A stretch of DNA of 24,000 nt from Candidatus Binatia bacterium (GTDB taxonomy: Bacteria; Desulfobacterota; Binatia; UBA9968), in the NCBI GenBank assembly GCA_036555515.1, contig DATBLC010000195.1:1-24000 (forward strand), read 5' to 3'. Positions 16,602 through 24,000 of the stretch are shown here, one piece after another (the first letter of the stretch is position 1; every line of letters starts with the position of its first letter). A model generated the notes under the pieces. It was not told where the DNA came from. It saw only the letters and a program-made list of their open reading frames with translations, and ran no database searches. Both the position numbers and the translations under genes were made by a program.

Positions 16602-16658
16602 CGATGTCTGCTCAAAGGCAGACGGCATCTCCGCCACAGGCGGATCAGCCTTCGGCTG
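16602..16658. other. Cluster of three consecutive hairpins in intergenic DNA
   Basis: GTCTGC-tcaaag-GCAGAC (16606-16623), TCCGCC-ACA-GGCGGA (16630-16644), CAGCC-TTC-GGCTG (16646-16658). Confidence 0.55.
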
Positions 16659-16953
16659 AGACTTCGCTATGGAAGGGTTCCGCGCTTCCTGCTGAGCAAG
16701 ACTCGGGTTCATAGTAGCGAGCTGGTGTGCGGATTTCTTTCCCTTCACCGTAGAGACAACGAACCTTAACCTTGCTACACTGATATAAGGCGTTACCATG
16801 ATGGTTACCTATGTAATCCTACTGTGATAAGATTTTTTAATCGCTCAAATACGTTAGCAGCCAGTCTACGAGTTTTCCGTGCTCACATGAAAAGACGCAA
16901 ATCTGCAGTCTCGTGATCCGGCTTGGGGTGGGAGTTTCGAGGGAGAAACGTTT

Positions 16954-19005
16954 ATGGAGCATTCGATCGATCAACTTTGCATTAACTCGATTCGCATGCT
17001 GGCCGTGGACGCGGTTGAAAAAGCCAAGTCGGGCCATCCTGGCGCTCCCATGGGCCTTGCGCCCGCGGCGTATGTGCTGTGGACGCGTTTTCTCAAACAC
17101 AATCCGAAAAAACCTTCATGGCCCGATCGCGACCGTTTCGTCCTCTCCGCCGGACACGCCTCCATGTTGCTTTACGGCATGCTCCACCTTACCGGGTACG
17201 ATCTTCCGCTCGAGCAGATCAAACAATTTCGCCAATGGGGAAGCCGCACGCCCGGCCATCCTGAGCGCAAGCTGACGCCAGGAGTAGAAACTACCACCGG
17301 ACCCCTTGGTCAAGGTTTCGGCAACGGCGTCGGCATGGCGATGGCGGAAGCGCATCTGTCGGCGCGTTACAACCGCCCGGGATTCGAGGTCGTCAATCAC
17401 TTTACCTATGGCATCGTCAGCGACGGCGACTTGATGGAAGGCGTGGCGGCGGAAGCCGCCAGCCTCGCCGGCCATCTGAAACTGGGCAAATTGATTTATC
17501 TCTACGACAACAACCATATTTCGCTGGCTGCCTCCACTGACTTGACGTTCACGGAGAACTGCGCGATGCGGTTCGAGGCCTATGGCTGGCATACCCAGAC
17601 GGTAGACGATGGCAACGACGTTGGCGCGATCGGCCAGGCGCTCAGCGCCGCGCAGAGCGAAACGACGCGGCCATCGCTGATTATTTTACGCACACATATC
17701 GGCTACGGATCGCCGGGCAAACAGGACAGTTTCGATGCGCATGGGGCGCCTTTGGGCGAAGCGGAAGTCAAGCTGACGAAAAAAAATCTGGGCTGGCCGG
17801 CCGAGCCGCCGTTTTCCATTCCGGATGAGGCGTTGGCTCGTTTTCGCGAGGCGTTAGGCAAGGGAGAGCGGGCCGAGGCGGACTGGAACCAGATGTTCTC
17901 CGCCTATGCGAGGGAATTCCCTGACATGGCGAAAGAGCTGGAGGAAGCATTCCGCGGCGTTTTGCCGACGGGCTGGGAAGAAGCGATTCCTGAATTTCCT
18001 CCGGATACGAAAGGACTGGCGACCCGCGTCGCATCGGGGAAAGTCCTCGACGCGTTAGCGTCCAAGCTGCCGACGTTAATCGGTGGCTCGGCGGATTTGA
18101 ATCCATCGACGTATACCGTGCTGCACAAGCTGGGCGATTTTCAAAGCCCGCAGAGAAAGTGCACCGATAGCCAGGGGGCGGCGGGCGGCGGTTGGGCTTA
18201 CAGCGGGCGCAACTTGCACTTCGGAGTGCGCGAGCATGGCATGGGCGCGGCGCTCAACGGTATGGCGGCCCATGGCGGAATCATTCCCTTCGGCTCGACC
18301 TTCCTCATATTTTCCGATTACCTGCGCCCAGCGATTAGGCTCGCAGCGCTGATGGAGCTGGGCGTCGTCTACGTTTTTACCCATGATAGCATCGGGGTCG
18401 GGGAAGACGGCCCGACACACCAACCGGTCGAACAATTGACCGCGCTGCGCGCCATACCGCGCCTGGTCGTAATTCGTCCGTGCGACGCCAATGAGACCGC
18501 CGTGGCGTGGCGCGTCGCCATCGAGAGTCGCGACGCTCCGGTGGCGCTGGCGTTGACGCGTCAGAATGTGCCCACCCTCGATCGCACACAGTTCGCTGCG
18601 TCCGGCGGGCTGCGACAAGGAGCTTATGTCCTGGTCGATGCGCCGGACGGTAGGCCCGATATTGTATTGATCGGCAGTGGATCCGAGGTGCCCTTGGTCG
18701 TCGCGGCGCGGGAAAAGCTCTCGGAGCGAAAAATTCAGGCTCGTGTTGTTTCCATGCCCAGCTGGGAGCTCTTCGATGCGCAGCCTCGGCAGTATCGCGA
18801 CTCGGTCTTGCCCCGGTCCGTACCCGCGCGGTTGGCGGTGGAAGCTGCTCTGCCGCAAGGGTGGCATCGCTATGTCGGCGACAGCGGCGATGTCATCGGC
18901 GTGGAGCGGTTCGGCGCCTCTGCCCCCGGAAACGTTGTATTGGAGAGATTGGGTTTTACCGTAAATCACGTCGTGGAACGCGCGCTAGCGCTGGTGGGAA
19001 GATAG
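16954..19005 (+). CDS. tkt: Transketolase
   Basis: 683 aa. [46 protein letters not shown]-like [42 protein letters not shown]. Confidence 0.97.
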   Translation: MEHSIDQLCINSIRMLAVDAVEKAKSGHPGAPMGLAPAAYVLWTRFLKHNPKKPSWPDRDRFVLSAGHASMLLYGMLHLTGYDLPLEQIKQFRQWGSRTPGHPERKLTPGVETTTGPLGQGFGNGVGMAMAEAHLSARYNRPGFEVVNHFTYGIVSDGDLMEGVAAEAASLAGHLKLGKLIYLYDNNHISLAASTDLTFTENCAMRFEAYGWHTQTVDDGNDVGAIGQALSAAQSETTRPSLIILRTHIGYGSPGKQDSFDAHGAPLGEAEVKLTKKNLGWPAEPPFSIPDEALARFREALGKGERAEADWNQMFSAYAREFPDMAKELEEAFRGVLPTGWEEAIPEFPPDTKGLATRVASGKVLDALASKLPTLIGGSADLNPSTYTVLHKLGDFQSPQRKCTDSQGAAGGGWAYSGRNLHFGVREHGMGAALNGMAAHGGIIPFGSTFLIFSDYLRPAIRLAALMELGVVYVFTHDSIGVGEDGPTHQPVEQLTALRAIPRLVVIRPCDANETAVAWRVAIESRDAPVALALTRQNVPTLDRTQFAASGGLRQGAYVLVDAPDGRPDIVLIGSGSEVPLVVAAREKLSERKIQARVVSMPSWELFDAQPRQYRDSVLPRSVPARLAVEAALPQGWHRYVGDSGDVIGVERFGASAPGNVVLERLGFTVNHVVERALALVGR

Positions 19006-19008
19006 GCA

Positions 19009-19482
19009 ATGCGAATCGTCATCGGCGCCGATCACGCGGGTTTCGAGCTGAAACAAAATCTCCGGGAGTATTTGCGTCACCTCGGCCACGAAGTCATAGA
19101 CGCGGGAACCGATAGCGCCGACGCCGTGGATTATCCAGATTGCGCCGAGGCGTTGAGCAAGGTGCTCTTGAACGGCGCCGCGGAGCGCGCTGTGTTTATC
19201 TGCGGCAGCGGCGTGGGCGCATCGGTATCGGCGAATAAAATCCCAGGCATTCGCGCCGGGCTTTGTCACGACACCTATGCCGCGCGCCAGGGGGTGGAGC
19301 ACGACGATATGAACGTTCTCGTGCTTGGCGCCCGTGTCATCGGCGTCGCGCTGGCGCACGAGTTGGTGAACAATTTCCTGGCGGCGGAATTCTGTGGCGA
19401 AGAGCGCCACCGCCGGCGCGTCGAAAAGATCAAAGCGTTGGAAAATCGTTACTGCAAACCGGCATTGGGGGAAACGGAATGA
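19009..19482 (+). CDS. rpiB: Ribose-5-phosphate isomerase B
   Basis: [81 protein letters not shown]. Confidence 0.95.
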   Translation: MRIVIGADHAGFELKQNLREYLRHLGHEVIDAGTDSADAVDYPDCAEALSKVLLNGAAERAVFICGSGVGASVSANKIPGIRAGLCHDTYAARQGVEHDDMNVLVLGARVIGVALAHELVNNFLAAEFCGEERHRRRVEKIKALENRYCKPALGETE

Positions 19483-22241
19483 ATCCGCTGAGAGAACTTT
19501 TAGGACAGGGACAGTCCGTCTGGCTCGATTACATCCGGCGCAACTTGATCCGCAGCGGCGAGCTGAAACGGCTGGTCGAAGAGGACGGCATCCGCGGCGT
19601 CACCAGCAACCCAACGATATTCGAGAAAGCCATCGCCGGCAGCACGGACTACGACGAAGCCTTGGCCGCCCTGCTAGCGCGCGACCCCAAGGCCCCCATC
19701 GAGAAACTCTATGAGACGCTCGCCATTGAAGACATTCAGATGGCCGCCGATCTCTTAAGCCCCGTGTACCATGAGACTCAGGGCGCGGACGGTTTTGTGA
19801 GCCTGGAGGTGTCGCCCCATCTCGCCAACGACACTCAGAGCACCATAAGCGAAGCGAAACGCTTGAAGGCCGCTGTGAACCGGCCGAATTTGATGATCAA
19901 AGTCCCCGCCACCCCTGCCGGTATACCTGCCATTGAAGAACTCATCGCAGAGGGCATCAACGTTAACATTACCCTCATGTTCTCCATGAGGCACTACGAG
20001 GCGGTGACTCGCGCGTATATAAAAGGTTTGGAACGCTGCGCTGACCCGTCAAAGGTCGCGTCCGTGGCTTCATTTTTTGTCAGCCGGGTCGATACGATGG
20101 TGGATCGCGCGCTGGAAAGTGTAGGGACGCCGCAAGCCCTGAGCCTCCTGGGCAAGATCGCCATCGCCAACTCTAAGTTGGTCTACGACCGGTTCCGCGA
20201 GACCTTTCACGGCGAGGGTTTTGTTTCCCTACGGCAGCGTGGGGCCCGGGTGCAAAGACCGCTTTGGGCCAGCACTAGTACGAAGAATCCGAAATATTCC
20301 GACATTATGTACGTGGATAATCTCATCGGTCCCGAAACGGTCAATACGCTCCCGCCTGAAACGCTAAACGCGTTCAAGGATCATGGCAGAGTGATTGACA
20401 GCTCGGTCAGAGAAAATCTCGATGAGGCCGCGGCGGCGTTGGCTCGGCTGCAAGCGGTGGGAATCGATCTCAATATCATCGGCGAAAAGCTGCAGCAGGA
20501 TGGCGTCGCCGCTTTCGCCGCGTCCTTCGACGCGCTGCTTTCGGCGCTGGAGAATAAGCGCCAATCGATGGTCGGCACGGGACTAAACCGCCAGGAGCTG
20601 GACCTGGGAAAATATCACGGCCGGGTCCAGCGGCGCCTAAAAACTTGGCAGACGGCGGGGTTGGCCGGCCGGTTATGGCGAAAAGACTGGACGATCTGGT
20701 CGGCCGCGCCGCAACCCGAACTGTCGGACCGCCTCGGCTGGTTGGACTTGCCGGAAACGATGGCAAAACACGCTGCTGATCTGGCTGCCTTCGCGGGCAA
20801 AGCGAAGGCCGACGGTATTCGCCATGTCGTGCTTCTCGGCATGGGGGGATCGAGCCTCGCGCCCGAGGTCTTTCAGAAGACTTTCGGCAATGCGCCCGGT
20901 TATCCAGAGCTAGTGATGCTCGACAGCACACATCCCGGCGCAGTGAAAGGCGTGGAAGCGAGAATTGATCTAGCCAGGAGCTTATTTCTAGTTTCGAGCA
21001 AGTCGGGCACGACCACGGAGACCAATTCTTTCTTCTTCTACTTCTGGGACAAATTGAAACGGCTCAAGGATGAGCCCGGCCAACATTTCGTTGCCGTCAC
21101 CGATCCGGGCACGCCGCTGGAGAGGCTCGCAGCGGAAAGAAAATTCCGCGCCACTTTCAATGCGCCAGAAGAAGTCGGCGGCCGCTATTCCGCCCTTACC
21201 GTGTTTGGCTTGGTTCCGGCGGCGCTGATCGGCGTCGATATCGGCGCGCTGCTGGCGCGCACCCGTTGCATGAGTGATGGCTGTGGTGCTCTGGTGGAAG
21301 AGAGTCAAAATCCCGCGCTGGCGTTGGGCGCGGCGCTGGGAGAACTTGCGCTGGCGAAGCGCGACAAAGTAACGTTTCTGTGCTCGCCGTTGCTGAGCGC
21401 TTTTCCCGATTGGGTGGAGCAGCTGATCGCCGAAAGCACGGGCAAAGAAAAAAGGGGCATCGTGCCGGTAGCCAATGAAGGCGTGGGCGCGCCCGATAAG
21501 TATGGCGACGATCGTTTCTTTGTTTACTTGCGCTTGGAGGGCGACGAGAATCACGGCCTCGATCGCCAGGTGGCGGCGCTGCAGGCGAACAGCCACCCGG
21601 TGGTGCGCATTGATCTAAGTGACAAGCTCGACCTCGGCCAGGAGTTTTTCCGGTGGGAGTTCGCCGTCGCGGCCGCGGGCGCGGCCATCGGCATCCATCC
21701 ATTCAATCAGCCCGACGTTCAACTCGCCAAGGACTTGGCCAAGAAAGCAATGAGCGAGGGCGCGGGCGGCAAAAAAGCGAGCGCGATGCTGAGAGATGAA
21801 GTTACCGCTAGCGACGCGGGCCAATTGCGTCAAGCGGTCGCTTCATGGCTGGGCAAGAAAAAGGCGCGCGATTATGTCGCGGTTCAGGCCTACCTGATGC
21901 CCTCGCCCGAATACGCCGCAAAGTTACGGCATGTCGCAGCGATTATCCGCGACCGGCTCGGGGGGGCCACGACGATCGGTTTTGGCCCGCGCTTTCTCCA
22001 TTCAACCGGGCAGCTCCATAAAGGCGGGCCGAATTCTGTATTGGTATTACAGATCGTCGATCGGCCTGCCGACAATTTGGCCGTGCCAGAGACGAACTAC
22101 ACGTTCGACGCGTTAATTCAGGCCCAGGCGCTGGGCGATTTGGCGGCGCTCAGGCAACGGCGGCGGCGTGTGCTCAGAGTCAATCTCGGCGGCGAAATTT
22201 TGGCTGGATTGGATCTATTAGCGCAGGCTTTGCAAGCATAG
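19479..22241 (+). CDS. Bifunctional transaldolase / glucose-6-phosphate isomerase
   Basis: ATG 19479 overlaps the rpiB stop (ATGA), so the track start at 19263 is an over-extension. N-terminal transaldolase ([51 protein letters not shown]) and C-terminal GPI ([46 protein letters not shown]). Confidence 0.94.
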   Translation: MNPLRELLGQGQSVWLDYIRRNLIRSGELKRLVEEDGIRGVTSNPTIFEKAIAGSTDYDEALAALLARDPKAPIEKLYETLAIEDIQMAADLLSPVYHETQGADGFVSLEVSPHLANDTQSTISEAKRLKAAVNRPNLMIKVPATPAGIPAIEELIAEGINVNITLMFSMRHYEAVTRAYIKGLERCADPSKVASVASFFVSRVDTMVDRALESVGTPQALSLLGKIAIANSKLVYDRFRETFHGEGFVSLRQRGARVQRPLWASTSTKNPKYSDIMYVDNLIGPETVNTLPPETLNAFKDHGRVIDSSVRENLDEAAAALARLQAVGIDLNIIGEKLQQDGVAAFAASFDALLSALENKRQSMVGTGLNRQELDLGKYHGRVQRRLKTWQTAGLAGRLWRKDWTIWSAAPQPELSDRLGWLDLPETMAKHAADLAAFAGKAKADGIRHVVLLGMGGSSLAPEVFQKTFGNAPGYPELVMLDSTHPGAVKGVEARIDLARSLFLVSSKSGTTTETNSFFFYFWDKLKRLKDEPGQHFVAVTDPGTPLERLAAERKFRATFNAPEEVGGRYSALTVFGLVPAALIGVDIGALLARTRCMSDGCGALVEESQNPALALGAALGELALAKRDKVTFLCSPLLSAFPDWVEQLIAESTGKEKRGIVPVANEGVGAPDKYGDDRFFVYLRLEGDENHGLDRQVAALQANSHPVVRIDLSDKLDLGQEFFRWEFAVAAAGAAIGIHPFNQPDVQLAKDLAKKAMSEGAGGKKASAMLRDEVTASDAGQLRQAVASWLGKKKARDYVAVQAYLMPSPEYAAKLRHVAAIIRDRLGGATTIGFGPRFLHSTGQLHKGGPNSVLVLQIVDRPADNLAVPETNYTFDALIQAQALGDLAALRQRRRRVLRVNLGGEILAGLDLLAQALQA

Positions 22242-22321
22242 TAATTGATTCTGAAAAACCCTAAGAATGCTTCGACTGACGCTCAGCATGAACGGAAAAT
22301 GTCTCATGATCTTAGCTTCTC

Positions 22322-22357
22322 CACCGTTCGTCCTGAGCTCTCGAAGGATGAACGGTG
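22322..22357. repeat. Intergenic inverted repeat (hairpin)
   Basis: CACCGTTCGTCC (22322-22333) / GGATGAACGGTG (22346-22357), 11 of 12 paired with one G:T. A related partial sequence, GCTTCGACTGACGCTCAGCATGAACGG, lies at about 22269-22295. Confidence 0.65.
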
Positions 22358-22405
22358 GGTTTTGTAGCGGAATCCTACTGAGTCCCCACGGAAGGAGGAA
22401 CGACC

Positions 22406-23302
22406 ATGGAACTGGGCATGATTGGTCTCGGCCGTATGGGCGCCAACATGACCGAACGGCTTGTGCTCGGCGGCCACCGAGTGGTCAGTTACGACCGCAA
22501 CCCCGAGGCGATTCAAAATGTCGTCGACAAAGGCGCTGTGGGGGCCCGTTCGCTTGCCGATTTCGTCAATCAGCTGAGTTTGCCTCGCGCCATCTGGCTG
22601 ATGGTTCCATCGGGAGATCCCGTCGATCAGACCATCGAGCAGTTGTGCGTGAGTTTAGCCAAGGGTGACGTCATCGTTGATGGTGGTAACTCCAACTACA
22701 AAGATTCGATCCGCCGCGCCGAGAAGCTCAGAGAGCAAGGCCTCTATTTCGTTGACGCCGGCACCAGCGGCGGCATCTGGGGTTTGAAGGTCGGCTACTG
22801 CATGATGGTCGGCGGCGACAAAGAAATCGTCGAGCGGCTGGTGCCGATTTTTGAAACTCTCGCGCCCAAAGACGGCTATCTCCACGCTGGGCCCAGCGGC
22901 GCGGGTCATTTCGTCAAGATGATTCATAACGGCGTCGAGTACGGCATTATGCAGGCCTACGGTGAGGGATTTGAACTGCTCAAAGCGTCTCAATTCGATC
23001 TCGACCTGGGAAAAATCGCACATCTGTGGAACCAGGGCAGTGTCGTGCGCTCGTGGCTCTTGGAACTCTGCGAGAGCGCCTTCGCCAAAGACCCGCATCT
23101 TTCATCCGTCAAGGGTTACGTCGAAGATTCCGGCGAGGGACGCTGGACGGTCGAGGAAGCGATTGACCGAAGCGTGCCCGCGCCGGTGCTGACGCTCTCG
23201 CTCTTCGCGCGTTTTGCTTCGCGCCAAGAGGATTCCTTTGCCGCCAAAGTCACCGCCGCGCTGCGCAATGAGTTTGGCGGCCATGCCGTAAGAAAAGACT
23301 AA
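22406..23302 (+). CDS. gnd: 6-phosphogluconate dehydrogenase (short, decarboxylating, YqeC/GntZ-like)
   Basis: SD GGAAGGAGG before ATG 22406. MELGMIGLGRMGANMTERL, VDGGNSNYKDSIRR, DAGTSGGIWGLKVGYCMMVGG, GPSGAGHFVKMIHNGVEYGIMQAYGEGF. Confidence 0.95.
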   Translation: MELGMIGLGRMGANMTERLVLGGHRVVSYDRNPEAIQNVVDKGAVGARSLADFVNQLSLPRAIWLMVPSGDPVDQTIEQLCVSLAKGDVIVDGGNSNYKDSIRRAEKLREQGLYFVDAGTSGGIWGLKVGYCMMVGGDKEIVERLVPIFETLAPKDGYLHAGPSGAGHFVKMIHNGVEYGIMQAYGEGFELLKASQFDLDLGKIAHLWNQGSVVRSWLLELCESAFAKDPHLSSVKGYVEDSGEGRWTVEEAIDRSVPAPVLTLSLFARFASRQEDSFAAKVTAALRNEFGGHAVRKD

Positions 23303-23308
23303 ACGGCG

Positions 23309-24000
23309 ATGGCGAGCGACCCGCACTACTATTTGCCGCAAGGTTTTGCCCAGGCGAAAAAACCCCACGCCTGCGTGGTGACGATCTTCGGCGCGTCCGG
23401 CGACCTCACCAAACGCAAACTCATTCCCGCGCTTTATAATCTCGCTTTGGAAAAGCGCCTGCCGGAGCGCTGCGCCGTGGTCGGTTACGCGCGCAGCGAA
23501 ATGAGCGACGATGCCTTCCGGGAAAAAATGCGCGAAGCGGTGAGTGAATATTCTCGCACCGGCTTGAAAGACGAAAGCGCCTGGCACCAGTTCGCGTCCA
23601 CGCTTTACTACGTCCGCGGCGGCTACGAGGACGACGAGGACTACCGGCGCCTGAGAGAATTCATCGATGGCTTCGACAAGGGCAGCCGCGTCTTACCCGC
23701 CCGGGCGTTTTATCTAGCGACGCCGCCGGAGCTTTACGGCCATGTGGTGCAACGCATCTCCGCGGCGGGACTTACCCCCAGAGAGAGCGACGGCGTGCCG
23801 AGGGCGCGAGTAGTTATTGAAAAACCCTTCGGCACCGATCTACGGAGCGCGCGGGAACTCAATCGCGGCATCCACCAGACGCTGGACGAAAGCCAGATTT
23901 ATCGCATCGACCATTATCTCGGCAAAGAAACGGTGCAAAACATTATGGTCTTTCGCTTCGCCAACGCCGTCTTCGAGCCGATCTGGAACCGGCGCTACGT
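23309..24000 (+). CDS. zwf: Glucose-6-phosphate 1-dehydrogenase, N-terminal part (runs off window)
   Basis: Hand translation from ATG 23309 (absent from ORF track): [31 protein letters not shown]...[65 protein letters not shown]. Confidence 0.96.
   Translation, partial: [230 protein letters not shown]

Noticed and set aside
16082-16615. Minus-strand 177 aa ORF
   Set aside because: Half is antisense to the TIGR04282-type gene and the rest lies in the spacer, with no recognisable motif or low-complexity-free domain. Likely a GC-rich spurious ORF.
16780-16815. Possible sigma70 promoter or operator (TTGCTACACTGATATAAG, repeated GTTACC) upstream of tkt
   Set aside because: Elements are weakly matched and poorly spaced, and the site is about 140 nt from the gene. 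Not enough to call.
18076-18969. 297 aa antisense ORF opposite transketolase
   Set aside because: Shadow ORF of a strongly conserved gene with no motif of its own.
19263-19478. N-terminal extension of the tal-pgi fusion
   Set aside because: It overlaps rpiB in another frame. ATG 19479 with ATGA coupling starts the conserved transaldolase sequence.
1-24000. CRISPR arrays, retrons, toxin-antitoxin or anti-phage systems, prophage or IS genes
   Set aside because: I found no regularly spaced direct repeats of CRISPR length, no reverse transcriptase, nuclease, integrase or transposase motifs in the ORFs, and no TA-like small gene pairs.

Overview
This 24 kb window looks like ordinary high-GC bacterial chromosome, with no CRISPR array, IS/prophage gene, rRNA or tRNA that I can recognise. 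It reads as four blocks. (1) 1-5803: a partial Bug/TctC-type tricarboxylate-binding protein on +, then a minus-strand cluster of two ornithine cyclodeaminase/mu-crystallin family proteins, an M24 Xaa-Pro-peptidase-like protein, an isochorismatase-family cysteine hydrolase and a 7Fe-type ferredoxin. (2) 6018-7658: ybeY and prfB, the latter needing the classical RF2 +1 programmed frameshift. (3) 8079-16279: the most interesting block, a plus-strand cluster of ArsM-like methyltransferase, ArsS-like radical SAM/Cys-rich protein, PiT-type transporter, a TVP38/TMEM64 + mercuric-reductase-like flavoprotein fusion, a DUF547 protein, and two rSAM/selenodomain-associated transferases (TIGR04283 and TIGR04282 types). 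The combination matches the known arsenosugar/rSAM-selenodomain neighbourhood, but much of its chemistry is unassigned. (4) 16954-24000: a pentose-phosphate operon, tkt, rpiB, a tal-pgi fusion, gnd and zwf (cut by the window edge and absent from the supplied ORF track). Several intergenic gaps carry degenerate palindromes or short-period repeats, including a run of three hairpins at 16602-16658. One possible 38-48 aa membrane sORF lies at 746-862/892 on the minus strand.
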